The notes: generated by a model from the letters alone, not told the origin. 64,000 nucleotides of DNA from Schizochytrium sp. TIO01 (GCA_004764695.1 SMSO01000031.1:1154436-1218435); one strand, 5' to 3'. Positions 11,516 to 22,552 are shown, counted from the first letter of the stretch. Translations and numbers: made by a program.

Positions 11516-13962
11516 ATGGCGAGCAGGGATCTGGAGGACAAAATCAGGCGCGCTCTGGCCTTTGATGACTCTTCTGATGAGGATAACGACAACCATAACG
11601 ACGACAGGAGTTACGAAGAAGACGACGACGACCAGGTGGGGAAGGACGAGGAGGGGGAAGATGACGAGGAAGAAGAGGATGCAGAGGAAGATGACGAGTT
11701 GAAGAATTTCTGGCTGAATCAAAACCAAGCGTGGAGGATGGGTTTGAAATAACTCTGAAATCTGGACATCAGGATGAAGAATACAGTGAAGATGAGGACC
11801 ATGACACTCAGGATGCATATAGCGCTCGGTCAATAGACCAAGATGGCAATGAGGATGCAGACCTAAGTCAGGGAGAGTCGAATGAAGATGGCAACGAGCT
11901 TGCAGCTCCAAATATATCGCCGCAAGATCCGTACAGAAATGACGAAGCTGAAGATTATGACGATTACCACAATAAACACATAAATAATGACGAAGGAAGC
12001 AACGAGGAAGAGGAGGACAAAGACTACCAACGGAAGAAAAATAGAGATGAAAATAACAGGAGGAGCTACCATGGGTTCCACCAGCAAAGTATATTCTCAC
12101 CTGAGCCCTTGAGCGCTGGAGAAAGTCTTATTGACGAAGAACAGCTGCCTCATAACAAACCCAAGGTGTACCTAGAGCCTCTAAAAGTAAGCCCAATGAC
12201 CGATGATGATTCTGATAATCAAAGTTACTCAAGTAGTATGATGGATGGTGCAAGTTCCTATGCTTACACACGAGAAGGAAATCAGCAGAAACTTTACGAA
12301 TCAAGATCCCTTTATGAGAAGCGTGCCCCAAGCTTTGAGACACGCAAACAATTCGAAAAACTTACTGCATCGCCTCGAGCAAGTCCGCAAGCCCCACCGG
12401 TAAGGCCTTTCTCTCCAAAGTATGCAGGAATTAAAGCGCCTTGGAGCCCCCGGTCTATTCAGTCGTCAATGGCACACTCTACGGCACATTCACAAGGGAG
12501 CAATGTCAACAGCAGTGGTGGCGGGTCCCCGGCAGGAAGTGCTCTTCGAAAAGCAGTTGCAGAACTTCGACAAGTGAAAATGGAACGTGACCAGCTGCGC
12601 CAAGCTCTGCAAGCATCCAATCCACAAACCATTGTGGAGCAAACAAAGACGCAGATGGATCGTGAATTCAGGCTCGTGATTAGAGCCATGATGGATGAGA
12701 AGGCGCGAGCTTTGCGCGCGGCGAACTCCAAAACAGATTTTATGCGAGAGCAATTAGAGACAGAACGCAACCGAACTGGTATGGCCCTTGCAGACATCGA
12801 ATCATTAGTATTCCAGCGACGTCCCGATGTACCAAGAACCTCTGCAACAATTCCTCGTCACCAGACGGTCCCAGTGCAAATCAAGTCTGGCCTAGGACCA
12901 CAGATGCGTTTTCGGCGCCCGCGAATGGAGGTCAAAGCGCCAACGCACGAACGTTTTGTTTTCGCTAGTAGTGATGATGATGAAGAGAACGAAGAGGATA
13001 TTATTAGCCGGGGAGTTGCAGTCGTAAGAGCAGCAAATAGTGCTCCTTTTGTTAGAAATAGTCGCAGTAGTGCTCGTAAGACTCGATTGCCTCAACCTGA
13101 GGTACCTCGCTTAGGAGCCTCACGGCCCAGCACCTCTACACCAGCTGCAGAGATGCTAGACACAAAGCCACAATCCGGTGCGCTCCCGCCGCCGCCACCA
13201 CCACAAGCAACTCTCGTTTCACAAACTAATTCAAGCAAAAACTCTCGGCGACAACTTTCTGTAGAACAGCACCGCCTCAGGCGGCCTAGCGCTCCCGCCG
13301 TTTTGTCTCTGTCAAATTTAACATTTTCATCGTCGAGATCATTAGTACCCACTTCACCCGGGTCAACATCGAAGGAAGACCTGCGAGATGAAAACAATGG
13401 CTCTGTGAGTGCCGCCCTCTGTGACTCTGCAGCGAACAAAACCGGGATTACTTCTCCGAGATCTGGCTCGGCACGGTCTGCAACTCCAGGTTCTCCATTG
13501 AGCAGTGATAACAATGCCGATGGGCGGCAAACAATTCCCAAATGCCAGCGGCCAGCAGAAGTTATATATGCATCACTGCTACAGGCACAACCTGGCAAAG
13601 GTACGAACGTTCAGGTTGGGCGCGTGCGTACATTTTTGAAGCAGTCTGAATTGCTGCCCCCAACCATCCAGCCAGCTGATCTTGATGTGTTGTTGGTCAA
13701 ACATTCGAAGCGAAGTTCAGTGATGACCTTGCCTCAATTTCAAGATCTTCTTGCTGATGTAGCTTTGGCTCTTATGAAGTGCGGTATAATCGCGGTTGAT
13801 GAACAGGAAAAAACACAAGAAACTAATGGCGAGCTTTGGGAATGGGGCGTCCGTGAGCCACGCACAAAAATCTCCAGAGGTGTGGCACTTCGAGCTTTAG
13901 GCAATGTCCTCTTTCCGAATGATGTGAATGATGTCACCTCGGAAGACAATTCTTTGCTGTAG
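11516..13962 (+). CDS. Acidic/coiled-coil, largely disordered protein with a possible C-terminal p25-alpha (TPPP)-like domain; frameshift near 11700
   Basis: The ATG 11516 frame (MASRDLEDKIRRALAFDD, acidic) joins the 743-aa frame (EEFLAESKPSVEDGFEITLK) if one base is added near 11700. There is a central heptad-like region. Confidence 0.7.
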
Positions 13963-14200
13963 GTTACTATGAAATGAGTATAGAGCTGTTCATGTTACTC
14001 ATCTGAACTTTACCCATTTCCGCTACCTTATCTATATAGGTAGTTCTTATTTTAGTAGGTATGTATCAATAAATTATCAAGACCAATTTGATTAAATCAA
14101 AAAGTATCATTTAAACAGTTTCAAGCTGAGAACATCAATCTGTTTGATACGTATGGATGCAAACATTGAATTTCTTCAATAGATACTTTATTTAAAACGT

Positions 14201-15233
14201 TTATATTTGGGATTTCTCCTTAAGATAGGCAAGAACATCCTTCATTGTTTCTTCAATAGGTCGGAGGGTCACCCCTAGTGAATCACGTCGTGTGAAGTCA
14301 AACTGAGTCGGCGTTTTGGGTTCTCCGTCAAACATGGGGGGGGGTTTTGTAAGAGGAGTCTGCGGCTGCGATGCTATCAAGAATTTCGGACCAAGGATAA
14401 CTTTTCTTCACGCCAAAATATCGGCCCGAAGCTTGGGGGGTTTCAGCGCACGCCACAAAAAGGGCAGCCAGGTCGCGAACATCGATAATACTCATAGAAT
14501 CGTTTGGGACCCTCTCGTTCATGCTCTCCCCACGAAAAATTTTGCCAAACCACGGCAACGAGTTGCCCGAAACTGGACCCGGGTCAAGCTGTCGACCGAG
14601 GATCAAGTTAGGATTCATGATGCAAAGGCGTGGGCTAGATGCCGCACGTACATCGTCTACGATTTCATTGCGTTGATTTCTTCCAACCTCTTCAAGGCTA
14701 CAAATCTCCATCTTCGTCTTGGCAGCTGGTGAGTAGCGCTCGTTCTTAATCTGCTGCTCTGGATCACTCCAATGATTGATTTCATCTTTGGGATCTTCAT
14801 CTTTGTGCCCAGGTGGGTTTGTGCTACCTCCCGAGCTGCCAAGAACAACTGTTTCTACGCCTTGGCGCCGAGCCGCGCGGATGATTTCAAGAGCAGAACT
14901 CACCATGAAATCAATTACCTCAGGTTTTTGATGTTCAACGCCTGCCAGCATGAATACCGAGCTACAGCCATTCAGGAGTTCATCGAGTTTTGGTGCTACC
15001 TTGTCGGGGTCCTCGCCCAAGTCAAGGTCGAAGAGCTTCACATGGTCTTGACTGGGTTCTTTCGTGCCATTCCAAGGGAGTTGCTGAAGCCAAATTGCTT
15101 TAGAGGCCTTACGAGACGCTCCACGAACTTGATGACCGTGCTCCAGTAGTTTCGCTACAACATGGCTGCCAACGAAGCCAGTACAGCCCACAACTGCAGC
15201 AACCTCCTTGCCTGCAAGTCCGCTCATCGCCAT
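14201..15233 (-). CDS. Extended SDR, NAD(P)-dependent epimerase/dihydroflavonol-reductase-like; frameshift in a G run at 14336-14344
   Basis: VVGCTGFVGSHVV Rossmann motif, NPNLILG and IIDVRDLA. Removing one base restores the typical C-terminus ...DSLGVTLRPIEETMKDVLAYLKEKSQI*, with the stop at 14201. Confidence 0.88.
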
Positions 15234-16510
15234 CGTCACCTTGACTTGTTTTTCTAAATCAGTCTGGACCCTGCCAGTAGTCCGTAAACTCGCGATTGCT
15301 GCTGGGCTTATCTTTCTCTCGTTGGACACGGGCCTTTGAGGGTTGAGGTTCTGTTGTTGTCTATACTCGCTTAAACTTAGATATTGTCGTTCACAGGAAC
15401 CAGATAATAGAGACTCCCTACGCAGAACTGTAGTACAGTGCCTAGTCCAAACAGTGAGACCTCTGTGGCCAACTTGAAGGTGCCACTGCTGTGCCTCAGC
15501 CTCTGTCGTTCGCCAAAGAGCTCTTTTGACACCCTAGAATTGTAATCATGCGGAAGGGGGGGGGTGGGGATCGTAGGGGGGACTTCAGCTCGCTCAAAGT
15601 CCTGCAACGAGACTGTCGTGGCAGAGCTTGTTTGGCTTTTGAACAATCAAATTAAACATAGAAAAGCTTTTTAGTTTTTCACTTTTCACTTTTCATTTTT
15701 TATTTTTGTGATTAGTGTAGCATGAGATGGAATAGATTTAAAAGCTTCGGCTACTTACTTCGTTGCAACTTGATGTACTTTAGGTTCTGATCTTAGCCCA
15801 ACCCCAATACAGATGCGCTAGAATCTATCAAGATAACCTCCAGCAACAATCGAAAACTTGTTCTCTTTTGAAGTGATGCTGAAACGATCTTCGGGCGGAT
15901 TTTTGTAATGAAGAGAACTGTGGCAAACTCAACCAGGGACATTTACTCATATGTCTATGAAGTAACCCCATCAAATAGATTTACCATGCTACATTATCTA
16001 AAATTCGCTTCACGTGTTGTGGCCGTAAGTGGCATGGCATGAGTATTGTTTTAGCTGCTCCAACTTCAGAATGTTAGTTTGGCGGAAGTCCTTCCTCGAA
16101 TTTTGAGTCGTAAACGGTCTACACCCGACAGGTTTAGGAGGGGCTGGCATTTTGGGTTTTACATAATTATTCATAGCTGGAGAAGATAAGCTTGTACCAA
16201 AGAGCGTGGACGCAACGGATTAAAGGATCCTTACAGCATTTTTTTCTTAAATTGTATAGCTCGCCATGATAGGGAACAGTTGAAATACGGATCGCTGTCA
16301 TTGTATCGATGTTCATGCATAATCAAAAGCGATTTCAGCGAACAAGGATTATGATGAAGGTAACAAAAGATATGAAGTGCAAGAGAATGGTTGATGCGCG
16401 AGAAGATCAAAACATCTACAGGTCCTTTCGCAAAGAAAGATAAGTTAATAGAAGAAACGAATAAAGCTAATAAGAAAGTAGCGAGCTATACTTCAACAAG
16501 TCACGCTATT

Positions 16511-18037
16511 TTATTTCCATCTTTCTTCTTGGGAGTCTAAAAATGTCTTAATGTGGCTCAGTACCCACTCCGGGTGTTCGATGATAGAAAAGTGAGTGGA
16601 AAAGTTATCGCAATGATGAGTAGCATTTTTCATACAGGACGCCATTTCAGCCATACGGTAAGGTGGAGTAAAGTAATCAAATCGGCCGGAAAGAAGCAAT
16701 ACTGGCTGCTCAATCTGGTGCAACAGGTGATAGACAGAGTGAGCATGGAGCTCTTGGAAAAACTGGCAATAGTTGCGCGCAGTTTTATCGTCTGCAGAGA
16801 CACCACCAAGATAGCGCTGGGTGACTTTGGAAAGGTAGTCGTCGCCTGCTAGTCTTTTCCAAGTCGCTGCTCCAACAACCTTCCCTGCTGTTCGCAAAAC
16901 AGTCTCGCAGGCAGCTGTGTTAATCACCTTGTGCCAAAATGCAAGGAACCGTTGTGGGTTATGGTTCATTATTGTATTCACCAACCGTTCACTAATCGCG
17001 CCTGCGAATGGGATACGGAGGAAGGGTTGGAAGGCCGTTTCGAAGACATGACCAGCAGCACCGTTCATTAAAATGATCGATCTCGCCATATCAGGATATA
17101 GCAACAGAGCTTCTAAAGCTACCTGGCAGCCCATGGAATGAGCTACAATTACTTCTGCACAAGAGTAACCCGACTTTTCTAGTACCTCTTTAGCATCCTC
17201 GGCGTGATCGCGAATAGACATACTGCGATTAGAATCTGGCATTTCTGATTCGAAAAGACCACGATAACACCACGTAAGAAGGGTGTATTTCTGAGAATAC
17301 TTTTCGATGATAGGCATGTTTGTGAAGAGGCCGTCTGCACCCAGTGGCAAGCAAAAGAGCATCACTTGCTCGGGCTGCTTGTCTGGAATGAGCTGGATTT
17401 TGCTCACCTTGACTCTAACTCCATCTCGCATTTCCAAGAAAAAATGCTCTGTATAAGCATTCAGAGCATCGATGTGCTCAATTCGTGGTACAAATCCAAT
17501 TTCATCTCGAGTGGATGATGCTGTGAATGGCTCCTCAAGATCGAAGTCATTGTCCAAAACCTTAACGTTGGAAGACGCTGTAAATGGTTCTTCAGATTCG
17601 TCAGTGTCATATTCAAGGCGAGAGCTCAAAGTTGTGTGGCTCGGCAGCGTAACATTTCTACCTTTGGGCGAGTCTTCAGGATGAAGCTCTTCTGACTTCT
17701 CCTTGCGTGACTTTTGAGATGCCGATTTCCCCTCATGCATGTTTTTACTTTTACTCTTATTTTCACAACACGCAAAGCTGTAGTTCGGTAATTTTTCCGA
17801 TTCAATATACAGGTTGAGGCCATTCCCCTTTTTATTATACACATTTTTCGCGTAGTCGGGAGGCGTGTGGCCAAACTCCTTTTCTTCCTCTTCCTCCTCC
17901 AAGGAGCTTTCTTCCTCCTCCTTAAAGCACAACATAGGCGGTGGCTTTTGTTGTTTCTTGGAGGTTTTCGCCGCTGGCTTGGCTGCTGGCACCAGTGATG
18001 GTAAAGTGTCTAGAGAAGGAAGGTCGTCGTCCTCCAT
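16511..18037 (-). CDS. Alpha/beta-fold hydrolase with a long disordered N-terminus
   Basis: WCYRGLFES, nucleophile elbow AHSMG, acid residue in SGRFDYFTP, His in STHFSIIEHPE; first ATG at 18037. Confidence 0.88.
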   Translation of the reverse strand: MEDDDLPSLDTLPSLVPAAKPAAKTSKKQQKPPPMLCFKEEEESSLEEEEEEKEFGHTPPDYAKNVYNKKGNGLNLYIESEKLPNYSFACCENKSKSKNMHEGKSASQKSRKEKSEELHPEDSPKGRNVTLPSHTTLSSRLEYDTDESEEPFTASSNVKVLDNDFDLEEPFTASSTRDEIGFVPRIEHIDALNAYTEHFFLEMRDGVRVKVSKIQLIPDKQPEQVMLFCLPLGADGLFTNMPIIEKYSQKYTLLTWCYRGLFESEMPDSNRSMSIRDHAEDAKEVLEKSGYSCAEVIVAHSMGCQVALEALLLYPDMARSIILMNGAAGHVFETAFQPFLRIPFAGAISERLVNTIMNHNPQRFLAFWHKVINTAACETVLRTAGKVVGAATWKRLAGDDYLSKVTQRYLGGVSADDKTARNYCQFFQELHAHSVYHLLHQIEQPVLLLSGRFDYFTPPYRMAEMASCMKNATHHCDNFSTHFSIIEHPEWVLSHIKTFLDSQEERWK

Positions 18038-20355
18038 TATTTGTTCGCCAACCGCAGGTCTTCGCAAATTAATACCCTCAACAATCTCAGCCCTCAAGTA
18101 ATACAGCACACGTCTCTTGGAGCGGCCTATATAAAAGAGAATGTCTTCTTATGCTCCTAATTGACGTTAACAAGTCAAGTTCACCAAGGCGGCCTCTCTT
18201 TGTTTAGACGAGGCAAGCGAGTGAGCAAGCTAGCAGGCGAGTATTTAAGCAAGTAGTTTGTCACCAATTGGAATCACCTTGGTCAATCTCTGCCTCACGC
18301 AGAACTCGTACCAACCTCAGGCACGCCGGGCAGACGAACTCGAAGAAACGCCTTGCACCAGGAACTCCGTGTTTCCTATGTCCCCTGGCCCGAGCCACGT
18401 GCCTAAGACGCCTTGACTCCACCGCGCAGGTTGAGGTTCTGTGCGCCTCGATAAGGTAGTACAGTCGTCAAAGAACCTGGTAGAAGCTGCTAAGAGTGGC
18501 TTAGAGTGTCGTCGCGCTGTTGTTGTTGTTACAACTTCGACGTCACCGAAAAACCTGCTCTTCAATAAGAGTCAGAAAAGTGAGGAAAACTAAAATGCTG
18601 CAATACCACAACACCTAACACTCTTGCGGTAGCTCTTGCTGTGTCCAGTGCTGACGAGGACGATGATGCCAGAGAACTGATCGCGCTGCTCAGTCTCCTG
18701 GCACCTGAAATACCTGAGGTTCTGGGCGGAAGTTCAGACCACCTTGCTTCGGAGTTCAAGCCGAGCTGAAGATTTGCAAATTTCTGCTTCTCGTCAAAGC
18801 AGCGAGCGAAGACCTTTATAGCAAGCTGTCCAGCCGAAGCAAGAGCCTGAAGCTGCTCTCTGGTTCCCACTGGATTACACTAGGCTTGAATTTAATTGAA
18901 ATGACCACTGCCAGAACAAGAATGACATGTACATATTACATATACCCCGGATCCTGCACGATTCGAAGGGTAAAGCCAACGAGTCGGGATGGACTTAATT
19001 TCCCGTGGCGTTTCCTTTAATGTCCATGTATTGCAACGCATCGAAACACCGGATGGTTGATCGGCCTGAGTGCTTATTCCCTTCAGGTTTTCAAGAAGCT
19101 TCAAGTTGCGCTTAGCTTCATAAGGATTGGCAAGGCGAAAAGCAGCGTCTTGAATGTCATCGTAAACATCGCATTACACTGCACTGGAGGCTGGAGAAAG
19201 AGTCATCGCTGTGCTATATAGTTCACCAAGAAAACCAGTACCAGGGAAATCACTTGACCGCTTATTACCTTTCTCAAGATGGACATGCATGGGACCCGCA
19301 CATTCTAGAGAAGGAAAAAGCAGGAAAAGGGAAAACACACTAAAGCAAAACATAGAACGAAAAAACTTAAGTACCCCTTCGAGTTTTTTTAAAGTTTATT
19401 TCTACCTACCTGCCTCCCTTAACTAGGCAGTAGAACCTATTTCTCTTCAAAGTTTAAAATAAATTAACATTATAAAATAAATAAAGAGGTCATTATAAAA
19501 ACTGCTAGGCAGTAGTAGTACCCATTTAAGGTTGTTTTTTTAATATAAAACTAACTTTAAAAACTTTGAAAGGTAATAAAGAAAATTGCAAATGGCCTCC
19601 ATCTTGGTTTCAGGCGCGTAATTACGCGAAGCGTTAGGAAGACTCTACTGCAGATACTCTCGGTCTGGTAAGTAAGCAGAAGTGATCATGGATCCTCTTG
19701 CTTCATTTGTTTCGTGATCAAAGCAAGCTTTGTGAATACAGACTTATGAAGCAGAAATGCACTGTGAGGGAAAGCTAAAGGTTTGATCTTCGTGGCTGTG
19801 GAGGTGAGACACTCATAGGCAGTATCATAGGCTAGTGCCTACTGGAGATCTGTATATAATTGAAATTGTGTGACTGTTTGATTCACTTGTCCATGAATAG
19901 CTAGGCACTGAGATTCATTTAACGGATCTCTAGCACAGTCGTGCTTGGTAAACGAAGCCCGCGCCAAATCGTAGCTTAGTGGTGTAAAGAAGCGCTAAGA
20001 GTTCTTTAGCAAATCATTCTCGCATAGACTCCTCACAATATAGATTGCACACACACATGAATATACGAGATGGAACATGTCCGCGCTAAACTTCGGGAGA
20101 AGGTCGTGGAGCAGGACTTAGCGAGCCTTGCCAAGCGCGGATTTGCAAACCAAATACTTTAATTACCTAAAGATGTCTTGGCGGCGCTTCATAACCATTC
20201 AGCATAAGTAATTAGTTGTATTGTTAGGGCGCAAGAAACGAACCCGGTTTCTGCTCTAAAAGTTTTAGCAACAAATCAGCAATCAGAAAAGATCACCGTG
20301 CTACTCGAACAAGGTGATCTTTTCTTGTCGTCGTCTTTCTTTTGTAAAAGATAAG

Positions 20356-21936
20356 ATGCGTTCAAGCAGCAATATGTCGTGGGTTGGCGTATCGTTTACC
20401 CTCTTTGCACTACTCCCGACGTTATCACAGGGCCGCTCTTGCTTTACTGGCGCGATGCGAGTACATATGGCTGATAAGTCTCTTAAAGCGATTAAAGATA
20501 TAAAACCAGGAGATCGTGTGCTGTCGTATGATCTTGAGCTAGAAGAAGTTGTGGAGGCCAACGTGATAGATCTAATCGCATCTGAAGCCAACGAGCTAAT
20601 GAAACTAGAAATGGAGACAGGTTCTTTCATCTGGTCAACCCCAGACCATCCCTATTATAGTTTTGAGAGCAAACAAGTCATTTCACTTCGACCAGATACT
20701 ACTGCATCAGCCTATCGTATGGAGGCTGTGCAAATGCGGCAGGAAAACGAGTCTCTCATGTCTGAAACAGGAAGCCTTGTCTTGGCTAACGTCACTGATC
20801 TAGTTCACATGCCTGATGCAGTTCCCACATATACATTACGCCTTGAACCAACGCATTGGTTCTTCGTTGAAGGTGTTCTTGTTCATAACAAAGGTTCCTC
20901 TGGAGGATTTTCAAGCGGCTCTTCTTCTCTTTCAGGCAGCTCGTCGTCTTCGAGGACATATTACACATCCTCCGGTGGCGGATCATACTATATTTCATCG
21001 AGTGGTTATTACGTTTCTAATTCTGGATATTCTTGGGCAACACTTGTGTATTTCAGGTCGTCTTACTACTCTCGAAGCTCGCGCTGCTCAAGCTACCCGA
21101 CTGACCCTGGCTGCCAACAAGGAACACAAGAAAACCTTATTTGCGGCTGCTCTGAAGGATTAGTTGTGGGAAACTCAGATAGCTTGGAGTTAGAAAGCTC
21201 GGCTGTAACAACCGCGACAGTGCAGACAGTGTATGGCTATGATCCATGCCCTGCAGACGCTAATGTTGGAGTCTGTATAAGCGAAGATTGGACTGGTTAC
21301 TGCGTCCCAGTAGGCCAGAATTTTACACGGGACGATGGTGGATGGGCTCATGTACAATACTATATTGACAATAACTGTCTCTCTGAGTATATGATTTGTG
21401 AGGAGGATGATGATTGCGTGCCTTATTTGAGCAACTCTACGAACGAAGCAAATTACTACCTTGAGACAGTGCTTGGGGCTCCAGCAAATTATTCTGCATT
21501 TCAAACCTGCATGAACACTAATTTGGAATGGTGTCCTTGCGAATGGGAGGTTTGTGACACTAGTGGAGGTATTTCATTTATTATGATAGCTGGAATTGTT
21601 CTCTTCGGGATTTGCTTCATCGCATTCCCTTGTATTGTCAAAATGTTTTGTGCCTGTGCAAGGCGCAGATTTGGTAAGAGCTCTAGGATTGTCCCAGTCT
21701 CGCAAAGGGCCCGACAGGTTATAGACTGCTTTGGAAACCGCTCACATACATATGAGCTCCAGACGCCGCAACAAATGGCTGACCGTCGAAACGACCAAGA
21801 ATACCTGAAGGGATACTATTGCGATCGTTGTGACGCTTTCCACGCCCCCCCTGCAGCAATGTATCATTGCAATATTTGCCTATTAGATTACTGTGCAAAG
21901 TGCTCGCAACAACGTGGTGAACAGCCACAGAAATAA
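20356..21936 (+). CDS. Type I membrane protein: signal peptide + intein-like Hint domain + G/S/Y segment + Cys-rich ectodomain + TM + zinc finger
   Basis: Hydrophobic leader, CFTGAMRVHMAD...IKDIKPGDRVLSYD, STPDHPYY, TYTLRLEPTHWFFVEGVLVHN, TM ISFIMIAGIVLFGICFIAFPCIV followed by RRR, and C-terminal CDRC...YHCNICLLDYCAKC. Start is ATG 20356 or 20374. Confidence 0.9.
   Translation: MRSSSNMSWVGVSFTLFALLPTLSQGRSCFTGAMRVHMADKSLKAIKDIKPGDRVLSYDLELEEVVEANVIDLIASEANELMKLEMETGSFIWSTPDHPYYSFESKQVISLRPDTTASAYRMEAVQMRQENESLMSETGSLVLANVTDLVHMPDAVPTYTLRLEPTHWFFVEGVLVHNKGSSGGFSSGSSSLSGSSSSSRTYYTSSGGGSYYISSSGYYVSNSGYSWATLVYFRSSYYSRSSRCSSYPTDPGCQQGTQENLICGCSEGLVVGNSDSLELESSAVTTATVQTVYGYDPCPADANVGVCISEDWTGYCVPVGQNFTRDDGGWAHVQYYIDNNCLSEYMICEEDDDCVPYLSNSTNEANYYLETVLGAPANYSAFQTCMNTNLEWCPCEWEVCDTSGGISFIMIAGIVLFGICFIAFPCIVKMFCACARRRFGKSSRIVPVSQRARQVIDCFGNRSHTYELQTPQQMADRRNDQEYLKGYYCDRCDAFHAPPAAMYHCNICLLDYCAKCSQQRGEQPQK
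20440..20889 (+). other. Hint (Hedgehog/intein) auto-processing domain, 150 aa, without a homing endonuclease
   Basis: Block A Cys1 (CF), block B TxxH (TPDH), blocks F/G ending in His-Asn; the +1 residue is Lys. Confidence 0.92.
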
Positions 21937-22552
21937 TCTGCTTCAACTTCAATCCTCTTCGATCATTGAATGTACATACAACCTGCCTCCTCACTACTGC
22001 TTATAATATTATACTATGTAAAGTAAACAATCATACTGTCCTTACAGTCTATGAAATCTATTGAAAGCCTTTTTTAACATGCTAATTCGAATTTCAGATT
22101 TTCCCTAAATTATCGTTTGTAGAACAGTTCTTTTTACCCACCAACCGCCGTCTGCCAACTCTATTGCTAATGATCAAATATATTAAACCTTAGTAGTAGC
22201 TTTGGTAAATTAGATTGATATGGAGAACATCAAAAGTTGGTATAACAGTCGCTGCCCATCCATCGCGCGATCCCCAATCCTTAAACCTGCGCACTTCGTT
22301 GACTCGCCGAAAGCATCGGTGACGTGACGATCTGATCGGATAGCTTTGATACTTTGTCGTCGAGCCCAGGCTTAGCTACACAGGGTTGTGTTGTCCGAGC
22401 GCAGCCCACGCGTTGTTGCCATCAGCATCGCCGTTTTACCCATTGTCGCTGGTGGCTTTGTCAGCCTTTGTTCTAAAGCCTTTTCGTTTGTATTTGTGCA
22501 AACCGAATAACAGATTGCAGTTGAAGGGTGAGGCTTGCAAGCGAATTTTACC

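Noticed and set aside
20440-20889. Mobile intein with a homing endonuclease, or a Hedgehog protein
   Set aside because: Only 150 aa with no LAGLIDADG/HNH motifs; the +1 residue is Lys; there is no Hedge domain or sterol-recognition region; and the host is not a conserved housekeeping protein.
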